Part shown: positions 14,564-29,157 of the stretch, one piece after another
How the letters are laid out: each line of letters begins with the position of its first letter
How positions within the stretch are numbered: position 1 is the stretch's first letter
From: Kudoa neothunni
Taxonomy: Eukaryota > Animalia > Cnidaria
Direction of reading: 5' to 3'
NCBI GenBank assembly: GCA_964304625.1
Contig: OZ199840.1
Location: 10,549,220 to 10,613,219, forward strand
Length of the DNA: 64,000 bases
Made by a program: the position numbers and the translations under genes
The notes under the pieces: generated by a model
Seen by the model: only the letters and a program-made list of their open reading frames with translations
What the model was told of the DNA's origin: nothing
The model's database searches: none

Positions 14564-16950
14564 CAGAGGTCGGCAACGACCGACCCGCGAGGCTTTCAAT
14601 GATATAGATTTTGTTTAATTTTTATAATCGATCGTTTCACCGCATAAAGATGTTTAATAGCAAATTAAACGGAGTTAATTATATGTTATCCACTTTTTTA
14701 AATAGAATGCCTACAAAATAAAATAAAAATTATAATATCCTTAACAACATCAGTTTTTTAAGTATTATTACTAATTTTATGGTGCTAGTCCTATTGTGGA
14801 GGAAGGAGAAGTTTAATTATTGTGTTTTGCAATTTCGACCCATCGTCTAATCATAGAAAATATTAAGTTTAACAGAAATAAAGTTAAATTTGAAATAAAA
14901 AATTATATAAAATTAGTCATTTCTACGTGGAAAACGTCAAGTGCTAGTTATATTTGTACTTGGCTGCAGCGTATGATTTTTCCAAATTCATAACAGCGAC
15001 GTTTCAACAATTATTCACTCGATGATAAGATACAAAAAAAAATTAAAACCAAGTAAGATATTATGGACACCTATTGTTGAGTTGTTATTGAATATGTCAA
15101 AATTTGAAGATACACGTGTTTGAACTTGTTAATCACCCTCGCGTGTAAAATTCATTGAAATGGAAGGTAGGAAAAGAAAAGTTGATTCTGAAAAAAGAAC
15201 TTTCAAAGGAGATTGGACAATAAAATACTTTGTTGTTGAGCATTTTGATAGATGTCTGTGTTTAATTTGCCAAGAAAGTGTCGCAGTTAAAAAAATTACT
15301 AATGTTAAGACACCACGAAACTCACCACAGTCGTTACGACGGATTTACAGAATTAGAAAGAGAACAAGAAACAGAGCGTCTGAAAAAAAACTTGACAAAA
15401 AAATCATCATTCTTTATAAATCAAGTTGAAAATAATTGTAAAATTACTTTGGCTAGTTATGAAATATCAAATTTGATTGCGAAAAGGATGAAGCCTTTTA
15501 CTGATGGAGAATTTTTCAAAGAAATGCTATTGAAAGTTTCTGAGTGTGCCCTGAGAAAAAAAATTGTTTTCCGAAATCAGTCTATCAGGAAGAATTGTTG
15601 CGAGACGTATCGAGGATATAGCAGGAACTGTAAGAACTAACCTAATAAATGCTTTCGAATGCCTTGAATATTTTTCCATTGCTATCGACGAAATTACCGA
15701 TATGACGGATACCACACAACTTGCAGTTTTTGTGAGGGATGTAACATCACAATTGGAAATTATTGAAGAATTTGCTAAACTAATTCCAATGAAAAGGATT
15801 ACAACAGGAAAAAATATATTCAATTGTACCATGAAATGAACCTTAACACATCAAAATTAATTGGGTTACAACGGATGGAACACCAGAAATAATGGTAGGT
15901 GAAAAAAATGGTTTTGTTGCTTTGCTGGATAATTATGTTGGTAATAATAGAAGTCTTATTAAACTACATTGTATTTTTCACCAAGACACACTCTGCATCA
16001 AGTCATTACCTTTTAAAGAAGTTATGACGGCTGTTATAAAATCTATAAAATCTGTAAATTTTATTTTATCCAAAGACCTAAATCATCGTCAATTTAAAGG
16101 ATTTTTTTATGACTTGGAAACTGAATACGGTGATCTGACATACTTTTCTAATATTAGATGGCCAAGTTGTGGAAACATGTTACAAAGAGGGTAAGTTTTA
16201 AGAAATGAGATTTCCGATTTTCTAGCAGCTAAAAATCAAGACAACTTTTGTTTTCAAGATCCACAGTGGCTTGCTAAATTGGCATTTTTGACTGATATTT
16301 CCAATCACATTAATAACTTAAACCTAGAGCTCCAAGGAAAAAACAAATTTGTGTCGACATGTTTTATCAAGTCACCTCCATTGAAAGAAAACTTCAACTT
16401 GGGGAAAAGCAACTTCAAACTGGGTAGTTATTCTCATTTTCCTAACCTACAAAATCATAAAAACGATATACAAGATGATTTGTTTTCAGCCGGTGTTACT
16501 AATTTAAAGGATGAATTTTCTTCTCGATTTCACGACTTTCGAAATTACAAACATAATTTTGAACTTTTCAGTACCCTTTATGGAATCGACGTAGAAGAAA
16601 TAGATGAAAGGTATCAATTAGAAATAATTGACCTTCAATCAGATAAGGATATGGAGTCGAAATTTTTGGGAGTTTCTACTATAAACTTTTACAAAAACTA
16701 TCTATGGCCGACTGGAAAATACAAAAATTTATTACAAAACTCGAAAATTATGATATCGCTATTTGGGATTTGGGAGCACTTATGTATGTGGACAGTTATT
16801 CTCGAAATTAAAATATACCAAAAGTACGTTGCGGAGTAGGTTACGCGATGACATCTTGTTGCTCTCCACAACGAAGCTGGATATTTCTATCTCTGAAGTA
16901 GCGAAGAAAACAAATTTCTCATTAATCATTATGTATCAATTTTACGAATA
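14564..16950 (+). mobile_element. hAT (Charlie/SPIN, GTF2IRD2-like) DNA transposon with frameshifted transposase
   Basis: 5' end CAGAGGTCGGCAAC...CCCGCGAGGC at 14564. Transposase pieces: MEGRKRKVDSEKRTF..W..YF..CLIC; KPFTDGEF; FSIAIDEITDMTDTTQLAVFVR; HCIFHQ; RWPSCGNML; FGSTYVC..FSKLKYTKS..RSRL. The right TIR was not identified, so the end coordinate is approximate. Confidence 0.88.
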
Positions 16951-18229
16951 AATTTAGGAAATTAGTTTGGTTTTCTCGCGTCGCACTGAAATGATATAAT
17001 TATAAATGTCGCAATGCGAATGTCTTTAGCCAGTATCCAATTGCATTGTAAAAAATTCATTATAGCTATATAGTATATAATCTCAGAAGATGTAAATTCA
17101 TAACTGAAATTTAATTTTTAATTAAATTTAAAATGAATTAATACAATATATATTATGATCTAATACTCATTGATGAATTATTAAAATTCTTAGAAAGGTA
17201 ACAATGACGGGCCTAAAAGGGAACGAAAACCAGGAATGGGTAAAAATATGATTAAGAAATACAAAAATGTACGGTACGATGTTAGTTTTTATATTTTAGT
17301 TTCAATAAAAGAATGTGTAATTTTTGTAATGCTCTAATTAAGATACTTAATAATAATTGGCCCCACTCATTACACCCCCTAATTATTTCATAACTATTAA
17401 ATTCCATACGAATATTAAAATAAGGTTGTAGAAACTTATATATAACTGAATTTAGGTATAATTTGAAATTATAATCTAATGATTAACATGTGCAGTTCAA
17501 CAGGTCTAGTATGTAACGAAATGAATCGGGGAATGGAGTCTCGTTACGTAGAATCGATGCATTATGTACGAGCCATGTTTGTGATTTATTTTTTTACATT
17601 AAATGATATTTTTTTATTTATTTGATAGATGAAAAAAATTTTCTTTTATTATAATTAAGGATTAGAAAATTCAAATTTAGTTTAGTTTAGTGTTAAAAAG
17701 TGGTGATTACGCACGACACCTGTTAAGTATGAGCCCTGTTGCATTATACTTAATTTTTCCGATATATTCAAGAATACCTAAATAAATATAAACGCTCCTT
17801 AATATCTATCTAATATCTAATAAATTCTGTCTGTTATCAAGTTGAAATGTGTCAAAAGTTATGAAGTGAAGAAAAGTAAGCTGGTATCTATAAACAGCGA
17901 GAGTATAGAATTAATGTATTAAAGCAATTAGGTGTTGTTTATTTGAGAGTGTTTTTATTGACTTTAACCTTGATTTAATTTATGCTAGAGTTGTTTTTTA
18001 ACATCTAATTCCAATAAATGGTTTCTTATTGGAATATCGTAAATTGGGTAAATAAACTAATGACCCATAGATTTTGATTAACTTTTTAGTACTCCCTTGA
18101 GAACATAATGTATTAAGGTTAGAAAATAGGCAGGTACTAAGCTTAAGTAAGATTATTTTAAAAATTTTATTTCTGCGAAATTATTGACGATAATTAGAAA
18201 ATTTAAGCTATAGCAACTAGTTAGAAACA

Positions 18230-18628
18230 ATGAGTGAGGATGATGAGACAAAATGCCCACCAAACAGCTTCCGAAATTTATTGAAACGTTCAGGCCGAGT
18301 ATCATTTCATAAGACTCATTTTAAATTTTCGGGATTTCATATGATCATATCCTTTTTGCTTCTAGCAAATATCTGAAAAACTCAAATTCTCGAGTCCAAC
18401 CAAAGATGATAGCGAGTATATCAAGGAATCTCAGGTAATATGATAGACTTGACATAATTTTACTTGTTGGCATGTTAATATTTCCAGAGTTACGCAGATT
18501 TGGTCAAATTTCAAAAAAAATTTAAAACAATATGTCTTCAAATGGTCTCTAACAAAATCGGTAATTAATAAAATATAACATTTAAACCGTTGCAATTTAT
18601 ATTAATAATTAAATAAAATATGCATAAT

Positions 18629-18661
<33 letters not shown>

Positions 18662-19831
18662 ATATATATATATATATAGGATTCGATAAAAGTCTGAGTG
18701 AGCTCTTTTCCAAATATGATAACATATTATCACATAACCCTCTCTCCAATTGCTTCTCATTTATACAAAATGAATTTAACAACGCAGAACTTTATAGAAC
18801 AGATTATGTAGTTGAACTGTGTAGGCTGTTTGTATTTAGTATTAATGTAAGATCAACCATCTCGACTCAAATGTGCTCAAGCCATTGATAGCTCTTGAAA
18901 ATGAAAAACAATTGAGTGTGTCTGTAATATTATGAAATTGTTAATGAGATTCTCTTGAAAACGTTTTTTAAGAAAAAATTGAAAAACACCAACACTTTTC
19001 GATTAGATTACGATAATGTGAAAAACTCAAAAAAACCAAGTTGTTCAATGCTCAAAGGAACCATATAATTTTAAATCATTAGAGGAAGTGATAGAGTTGG
19101 CTAGAAACGAACTCGACGAATCTCGAAATGAAACCTTCAAAAGTTTGGTCAAATACAACAACGACACTGTAGGTTGTTATGTGAATTAGGAATAATGCAA
19201 AATTTATTTATTGTAGCTGGTATATATATCGCATATCTACGAATTCGCCAAAGCCATCCAACAATATCATTATCGAGCTAGTATCGTTTACATGAATATT
19301 TTATCTAATTTGGATGCAGAGTATATTTGTTCAAGGGAAATTTAATCATATATATATATATAATCCGTTTTAAAATTTTAGATATATAAATTTGGAAAAG
19401 CATAAGGCAGATAAAGATAGCGTACAAGTTGAGCTCGAAAACATGTCACATACTCAGAGTGATACCGTCGGCGACAACCAACCTCTAGATATCAGCACAC
19501 AAGAAACCCCAGAATCCAATCCTGAATTTGTGTCGTGTGAGTTCTCCACAAACTTCTCATCAAGCTTTAACGTTGGTTTGAGAAAGATGGTTGTAGTTAG
19601 CACCTATGAAGCCAGTAAGTTGTTTATTATTGTGAAATAAGCGAAACTTTGTCGGAAATAGAATTTTATTGATATAATGTTCACTTTATAGCAAATCCTA
19701 ACCACCTGAGTGCCCATTTTGGCGAACACATCATATTTTTAGAGATCCGAGACGAGGGTTGGTACCTTGTCAAAAACAAGCGTGACCAAATAGGTATCAT
19801 TCCATCTACTCACGTTGAATTTATGGATTAA
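18230..19831 (+). CDS. Endophilin-A-like N-BAR + SH3 protein, copy 2 (multi-exon)
   Basis: Spliced product contains KKLKNTNTFRLDYDNVK..ELARNELDESRNETFKSLVKY..YISHIYEFAKAIQQYH (compare endophilin RLDFDY..FDESKE..AQLEYH). It ends in an SH3, MVVVSTYEA..HLSAHFGEHIIFLEIRDEGWYLVKNKRDQIGIIPSTHVEFMD*. Intron positions and phases parallel copy 1. Confidence 0.82.
18629..18678. repeat. (TCTA)n-(TA)n compound microsatellite in an intron of endophilin-like copy 2
   Basis: Direct observation; it ends at the acceptor AG. Confidence 0.9.
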
Positions 19832-20410
19832 ACCTCGCAATACTGGATTCTTATTTTACTCTGACCAATGTTGATACTTCAAAATCACCTGAAATAAAAA
19901 CTCACTATCTTTTCAAAATAATTTATCTTGTTATTTTGTTATTCAAGTTATTTATTTACAAAATCTTTACTATTTTTTATAGAGTCGTATTACTTCATGT
20001 TGAATACCCTAATTTATTCCTTAACCAACAATTTTTAACTCAAATAATGCCAAATGTGAAGCTTAAATCACTTCCAATGATAAATAATATTATTCGGCAT
20101 ATAAAATTTAAAATTTTTAGAATTAAGAAAAAATTTATACTATATTTTTAATCTATTTATTTATTCAAAGTAAATTTCTTTGGAAATTTCGTACAGAATA
20201 TAAAATGTCAGGTTGGCCAACGAAAAAAAGACGAATTACTACACTTTCAAATTTATTTTTTAACTTATTTTATAAGATATTAAAAAACAGTAGATAAATA
20301 AATTATCACATAAAGTGAACGATAATTTTACGGTAACAACAAAAACTATCAAAAATTTAATCAACTAGTTTGTTCAATGGATCAGATAATCCAGTCATGC
20401 ACATTTCACA

Positions 20411-20990
20411 TCAATCTTCGAATTTGTAGTCAAAATCGCACTGAAATGGACCTATAGGATTGAAAATATGACAAAACGCAAATAAAATGAAATTGGGCAA
20501 CCTTTAAGATAATCATATGGTTTGATTGAACTTTCGGTAGAGAGATGATGTTTCAGATGGATGAGCGAACTTGGCAGTCCACCTAGTCGATGAATCTACA
20601 TGAAATCTAATCAAATCCACCCCACACAAATTATCCACACACAGATGACACCGTTTCTCGCTCAATTTCTAGTTGTTTACAAAATCCACTTCCAACAGCC
20701 ATCTCTAGTTTATCAATCATCTGATTGTATTCGAAATCTTTTTCCTACACACAATAAACATTTAATGATTCATCACGTTGAATACATTGCTGAGATTTTT
20801 TTCCAAAGGGTGTCCGAAAATGAAAGATTCTTTTACGAGATTGCTAAAAATAACAGAATTCGATAAATATAGAGATAAAAGACGACATTTTAATTTACTC
20901 AAAATTGTTAACACCTTTTACAAGCTCACCATCCAGTCCATCCGTAGTGGATAGAACGGTGTTATTGGCTAGTAGAGGATCTTTATTCAT
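20411..20990 (-). CDS. POMP: Proteasome maturation protein POMP/UMP1 (5 exons; missed by ORF track)
   Basis: Spliced: MNKDPLLANN...NLVKESFIFGHPLEKNLSNEKDFEYNQMIDKLEMAVGSGFCKQLEIERETVSSIHRLGGLPSSLIHLKHHLSTESSIKPYDYLKGPFQCDFDYKFED*. This matches the UMP1 HPLE motif, the G..xL.xE segment and RL..L.SS. Confidence 0.85.
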
Positions 20991-22006
20991 CTATAACTAC
21001 GTTAAAACTGTTCAACTCTAGGTCGACCACTACTTCCATGTAAAAATTGCGCAACTCCACTGCGCACTGCAAGAATTTCATAGTGTTATTATTGTGAGTC
21101 ATCCATTTAGGTGTACATTACAGTTATGGGCTAGAAAATTATAAACAATAAAAATATCGATTAATAAAATATTTAAGATGTTTAGAAAAATAGCCCCCGG
21201 TTTACTCAGTAGTTAATCTACCAAATATTCGGTTATGTAATATTTTTGGATATTTTGGTTCACAGAAACCTGACTAACTAAGCTAAATGAATATGAACTC
21301 CTAAGTATATTAATAAGGTATATTTATGATATTATTAAATCAGAATTGTGTTATTAAAGTCGGCATTAATTTTAATCAAGAATTAATGTGATTGATTTTT
21401 AAAAAGTAAAAGCCTTCTCACATACCCTCTGAAATTAGTCAGCGTACCCCCTGAAATTAATGCGCGAACCCCAGATAGGAAACATTGCAATAGAAGGTTA
21501 AACACTTTGATTGTGATAAAAAATTTTGCAATTCGGGGTATAATTGTTCACTTTTTATAATTATAATATATCAATACAAGAAAAAAGGAAAATGTTAGCT
21601 TACAATGAACCAAATGACTAACTATTCTAAACCCATTGAGCAGGATAACTTTTGATTACTTGCTTATAACAAAATTTATTGTCAATGTGTACTTTTAGCC
21701 CTTGAACATAATGAAATTTTAATTTTTAATCCTCATAAATTTGCTCAAACATACTAGGAAAATGGTGGTAAATTGGACAAAAATCAACTTCCTATTTATC
21801 ATCTATTCTACTTCAGAAAGTCGATATATTATAAAATTTAAAAAATGCTCAAAGTTTACAAAATTTTCCGTGAAAAACATCGAAATAATTTTGAATGTGC
21901 CATATGTTATAGTGACGATTAAATTTTAAAAGTATTAACCAGGAGAATCTATTATAAATTTTCATCCTTTAAAATAACTGAATTTTATTGTAGGCAGGAA
22001 TATTAA

Positions 22007-25000
22007 TCCTCTAATATACTCAAAAACAACTACACTCCAACCAACTTGGGATATTTTTGACCCCAGATTTTTATTCTACAATTATTATTAAAAAAATATA
22101 TTAAAATCCCATACAAATTTTAAGAAAATTCTATCGACAAGATTTTGAAAAAAGACCAATCGTTTCGAGTATTAATCCTTCAAAATATCATTCGGCAAGC
22201 TTAAATGACGGTTTGTTAATTTTCGTTAACAAGAAATTCACAATTTTTCCATATTATTGAGAAAGAAAGAAAAAAAACTTAAAAGCGTAACAAATTTTTG
22301 TATATATTCAAGTAAATAGTTACTTTTTAGAACACTCATTACATTTCTTCAAAGAATGAAATCGACAAAAATGTCTCCCACACTAATACATCGTGTGTTT
22401 GTTTTTTTATCACTTCCACGACGACATAATGTACAGCGTACTTTCTTCATATTGGATTCCATTATTTCAATGTCTTGAAGAGAATATGGATCGGATCTTT
22501 TAACTACTTTTTTATCTTTTTAATTTTTAACTAATAATGGTTCGTATGGGACAGGAATCTATGGCTCGCGAGCCAGATGTGGCTTTTTGGAAGGTTACGT
22601 CTGACTTGCAGACAAATTTTCAATTTATAAAAATGCTTCGTTAAATTTCTTTGCAAATATACGAAACAGTCACTACGGAAAATCGATTACCTGCTGTATC
22701 ACACATTACAGCGTACGAATATTGTTCTAATGACAATGTTTGGCTCTACGTAAGCTTGTGAGCGGTCTTTCTACATTTAAAAGACATGAAGACTAAATTA
22801 CGGTCACGTTTAACGGATTGAAGTCTCAACTCCTGCATGAAGCTAAATCTTACCACGTATCCCCCATACTAAAAATCATATGCAAAACCATGCGGAGTCA
22901 GAAATCACAACGATGATGAGAAATAATCATCATTGATTAACAACAGCGTAACAATGTAATTAAAAATAACTTAATGACTTGTTTTATTTTAAAGTGTTGA
23001 GATTATATAAAGCGCACATATGCATTTATTTTTTTAATTTTAAAACATGTTGTATGACCCTCATAGAATTAATTTTTAAAAAAGTTATGGTCTTTGTGGC
23101 TCTCTTATCAAAAAAGGTTCCCAACCCCTGGTATAGGGCTTGTGCAATTTCTTTCATAAAAGGACTTTTTAGTTTCTTTGAATCATCAAATAGTTTCTTG
23201 TACAATGCGAAGGCATTTATTAATGATAAATCCAACATATTATAAAACACTACCATTAGCCATCGTCGATTATGTCGATGAACTAAAATAGACGACAACA
23301 TTCTGTCTTTTGTATCGACATATCCTTTGGTTTGGTTGTAATGTAGGATAATTTCTGGCTTATATTTTTCACTTGAACTCGATGTTTGTACATTGTTGGT
23401 TCCCGTTGATAATATAATAACGGCCTTCTCTTTTTGTTGACGTACGATATCAGCATATTTTTTTGAAAAAACGCAAATATAGAGCTATATAAGTCTCTAC
23501 TTTTGTTTGAAAGAACACACGGCAGTAGATCTCGTTTATTGTGGCGAATCAATCCCAAGAACGTGGGACGTTTTTCCCTTTATTTTGAAGCCAATTTTAC
23601 CGACGTAAAAAATTGTCGGTAACAACTGTTCTTCTAGAGTTGTAAAATGGAGTTGTTAACTATAGAAAGATGTGTTCACCAACACTGAAGCCTCTGTTGT
23701 CTCCATCTCCGTTTCTTCCTAAATATGATAAGATATTGAACACATATTTGTCCAAAGGGTCTACATTTAGGAAGAATTTTAAACCGTATCTTGCTGGTTT
23801 CAAAACATATACTGCCTGCCTAAAAGGGCATCTTCCCTTAAATTTAAATGACACAAACTGCTCGTCAACAGTGATGTCCTCATTTGGAGAATAACGTAGT
23901 GGTAATATTTTGACCCACATATTCCACACATGACGAATTGGGCAATATTTATCATATTCCCTTCGTTGAAATCTTGTGTTTGTGTCATCGAAATGAAGGG
24001 ATCTTGATATCTGCCTGAATCAATTGTAATAAAATATTTGTCCGTATGCTTCTTTTCCTTCCGAGAGACTAAAAAGTTCAATCAACGGCTCTTCCCTATC
24101 TTTATGAATAGCTATCAAGATTAGTGCTCCCAACTCAGCTTTAAACTCCATATCGTCCACGTCAATCCAGGATCATTTGTGGTAACTTCTTCCAAATTCA
24201 TTCGTATGTCTGACCCATTTCATCGCAAATATCTTTCGTGAAAAATATGAGAAAACGGTCCAAAATATTTTTGACTCTCTGTGTAGAGTATGTTGTGGAG
24301 CCGGTACGAGAATCTATAATATTCTCCAGAGATAATCTCGATGTAGGGGGCTTTTTCAAGGTCCACACTACTCCTTTTTTGTCTCTAGCAAAATCTTTAA
24401 CGGGTTCACAATCGGAAACGTCTTTTTGGTCTTCAGATACATCCATTAAACAATCATCCAATTCGCTACCGGGTGATTCAATTTCATCAATATACCCTTC
24501 AGAATTACACTCATCGCGTTCGAACCGTTAATATTTTGTAACTCGTGGAAAATTAACCTGGAACTTAACCATCATTTAATTGATTACGGATTATCAAAGT
24601 GAAAATAGATTGAAACAAAACCTTTAAACTGCAAAAGAATTTTGATATGCGTCTCTATTTGACTTTAAAAAAAATAATGAATACCAAGTATCATCTTATC
24701 TTCGATGCGTAATAAAATAACTTAAATTTAGAAACTTAGAAAAATACTAAATATTAAATTATTTCATTTGAAAACATTATAAGTTGATTAAAGAGTCGAG
24801 AATTAGCATTAAAAACATGCAACATCTATCATGCTTGATTTTATCGTTCAGCGAGCTTTTACGATGTGTTATATTAGCTTGCCGAATTAACTTCGGGAGG
24901 ATTAACTGACCCAATGAATCATATTTTTCTCAAAATTTATATGGGATTTTGAAATATTTATTTAATAATTTTCGTAAAATAAAAATATGGAGTCCAAAAG

Positions 25001-25176
25001 ACCTCATGTTCGTTGGAGTGTAATTTTTTATTTCAAGGCGAAATTTTATTAAGTTGTAGATATTATAAAATAACGAGAATAACTCAAAATTTCAAGTGTT
25101 TTCGAATGATATGTAATATGTCGTAATCACTTTAAAACCAATTTGGAGTCTAAAAGACTCCAAGTTCGTTATAGGG
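22007..25176 (-). mobile_element. piggyBac element (PGBD4-like) with degenerate transposase and long imperfect subterminal inverted repeats
   Basis: TTAA at 22003-22006 and 25177-25180 (AGGG|TTAA). About 22030-22200 is inverted-similar to about 24870-25025. Transposase pieces: ITVDEQFVSFK..GRCPFRQ..KPARYGLK; RRWLMVVFYNMLD..INAF; Cys-rich C-terminus RCTLCRR..RC..KKCNEC at ~22320-22440. Confidence 0.88.
22551..23130 (+). mobile_element. Non-autonomous hAT (Charlie-type) element nested in the piggyBac transposase
   Basis: 5' subterminal GGAATCTATGGCTCGCGAGCCAGATGTGGC; 3' end AAAAAGGTTCCCAACCCCTG followed by GTATAGGG, with GTATGGG on the left as a TSD remnant. Internal hAT dimerisation remnant TMFGST..CE..KTKLRSRLTD. 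The piggyBac reading resumes across it (EIAQALY|EPLL). Confidence 0.8.
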
Positions 25177-25373
25177 TTAAAAATAAACCTATTTTTCGCA
25201 CTTATCCATTCGCGCATACCTTACATGTGCGCAGTATGTACAGGCAACAATAAATTCAGAAATACCTATTTCAACCTACCAAATAAACGTCAAATTCTTT
25301 TAATTGTAATTTTCCAGTGTTCTTATTTTTCATATAATACTAATAAAATTTCATCACCCAGGTGGGTCAATCA

Positions 25374-26308
<935 letters not shown>

Positions 26309-26992
26309 TAAAGATTTATTTCAGTTGAAGCAGTTTTTTCATGCTTGCTTACTCAAATCAGATGCCTATTTCTCACATTAGTGATATAGATAATGATAAT
26401 TATTGATTTTGAGTGCTTAAAGCTCTATTCTCATAATCGCCAATTTTCTAAATTGAAATTAGAAACAGTTATCGATGAATAATCTGTCCACAATATATTC
26501 AAAGTCTTTCATTACAACAGAAGTTATTGTTTAAATATAACGATTATTCAATTTTAATGGGTTGTTATTTTTCGCTGCCTTTTTACACACGCGCTTTTAT
26601 ATTATGTTGTCTTGAGAATAGTTGATTTCAGTTATTTTATTCTTTTCAATGAGATTACACGTGACATTAATTTATTTTTTTCTTTTATTTTGAATAATTA
26701 TTATATATTACAATGGGAAATCAAATTTCCGTTATCTCTCTGCTAAAATTGTTAATCTTGTCAATGTGAACCTTATGCAACACCCGATCTATTCGATACT
26801 CAGTCTCAGTAAGACCGATTTCTAGTACTTTAATTAGGGTATCACTACCAACTTATGAAAATTTAATTTTTAAAACGTAAAGATTAAACGGAATTGGTGC
26901 CTGCGTTTATTCTTATCGCTGTCTATATTTATGCTGCGTATAAATTTAATTATTTTAAAATTTGCCATCGTTAATTATTTGTCTCCTATTAA

Positions 26993-28142
26993 CCCTTTAA
27001 CGGGCTTGGGATCTATGGGACCCCAGCGCCACATTATATTGTCAATAATATTTGTTCTAATGTACATTCAAGCCTATAATCTTGGGTATTCTTATATATT
27101 TCTGTAACGTATATATTGATGTATTTCGTAGCTTATAACGGCTATTATATAACACGAAAATAAAAATCCATCCTCCAATTGACTTTGGAGTCTGTGGAAC
27201 CCCAGGTTTTTTTGGTTTGATCTAACTAAAAAAATTATGAAAATGCGATCTTTGAAGTATTAAATAATTCTATCGACGCAATATAAAGAAATTCGTTGAT
27301 CACTGTACGAACTAATCCTTGATAATTCGGTACGGGAAGATTCGTCTTGAGTTCCGTAATCTGTCGTTACATTCCATTGCATTGCCGCTGTTATTTGCTT
27401 GTAATTACAACTTATAAACAAGAAAAATTAGTTTATTTAAAAATATTCTCATTATTTTTTATAGTAAGAGTATTTTAATCAGTAAAGTTAAATTTTTAAA
27501 CAATTAAAAGTGTTTCATTTATTACATGTAACTTTTTATTAATATCTGATGGGTTCGATAACTAATAACAATTCTCGTTATTTTAATGACAAATTTCAAT
27601 ATTTCGGTAATGGTTTTAATGAAACAACATGTGGAATATCTAATCGTTCGAGTGGAATACTAGGAACATAGTTTTTAATAGATTCTGCAAACAGCAAAAG
27701 TTTAATAATTTTATAACTGAATAAGCCATCATCTTCAAGAAATTCGATTTCAAATATCATGGATCGTAATCCTGGTCCAATTGTTTGTAGGGGGTTTAGA
27801 GCAATTTCGTTAATTTGAGTTTTTTTTCAATAATTTAAAAAAAATATTGATATTAAAAACCTATTTGTTTAAAACTCCTAATTTTTAATATATTGGGTTC
27901 ACATTCTTCCAAGTGTGCAAATTTACATTCATTTCGCGTGATTGCAAAATAACACCAGATCGGGTTATTGAGGATTGATTCATTCAGTAATATGCGATTT
28001 TCAAAATATCGTGTCGATCAAATTTTTAAATAATTTAAGGATTACATTTCCATAATTTTTTAATTATATTAAGCCCAAAAATCTGGGATTTCCCAGACTT
28101 CTTGTTCGTTAGGGGGTGTTTGTTTTTCGGTTCATTCGAGGG
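26993..28142. mobile_element. Non-autonomous piggyBac-type element
   Basis: TTAA|CCCT...AGGG|TTAA ends. Subterminal TTGGGATCTATGGGACCCCAG and CTGGGATTTCCCAGACTTC motifs are related to the 22007-25176 element. No intact ORF. Confidence 0.75.
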
Positions 28143-29157
28143 TTAACGTAGCAAAGGGCCCAACTAATTATAATCAATATTACAAACAACAAGTTTACTT
28201 TATTTGGACCTATAGACGTATCTACATGTAAACCATTTGTTTCTATATATGGTTCTGATTTTTTATGAGATTATTTTATGGATCAATTTGTCAACGATTT
28301 TAAATATAAAATACATTAAAAATTCGTTTTGTTGGTTTAACTAAGAATCTCTATCAATAACTATTTATTTTTGAAATTGTAATACTTCAAGATGCATTAA
28401 AAGTCAATTTCGGCAAAAACTAAATTATGGTGTTTGAATTAATCATTTTTAGTGTCAATTAGTACCAATAATATCCTAATATCATTTACAAATACTTCAT
28501 AATTAGTATAATACTTCTAGATAAGCGAATGGATTATATTTTTTCCTGAATAAAATACTATCCCTATATTTAAATTTTGAATGAAAATTTGCGTTATATA
28601 ATAATTTTTTTACATATATTTTATAGGGAGCAGATAAATTTTAAAAAAAGAATTTTTGAAAATTTTATGTATACCACACGAAAAGTGTTTGAAAATCGTT
28701 ACCATCGAATAACTAACTGCGCTTCATTCGCCCTAAAATTGTTTTTGGACGCTTAATTATATACCGAAAAGTTAATTTATCGTAATTTTAGTTATACAAT
28801 GTTAGAAAAGTTTAATTTTATGAATAATGTACTAATTAGATTTAAAATAGATATAATTGTTAAAATAAAATAGAGTATAAATATAAATGCTTTTAAATAC
28901 ATTATTTTTTGTATTGGATTGGATTGAGTTAAGTTTAGCTGAATTGAAATAAATTTTCGTAATATAAAGTTCATGAGATAAACTGCTAGCATCAAATAAT
29001 GTTATTCTGGAAAAATAATCAAAAGTTATATGCAAATATTACATTTAGTTTTAACTTAATTTAATATGAAATTATTATAAATTTAGTAGGCATCTTATAA
29101 ACATAATTTTAGAACTGATTTTAATATTAATACGTTTCGACCCAATAAAAAATTTTA

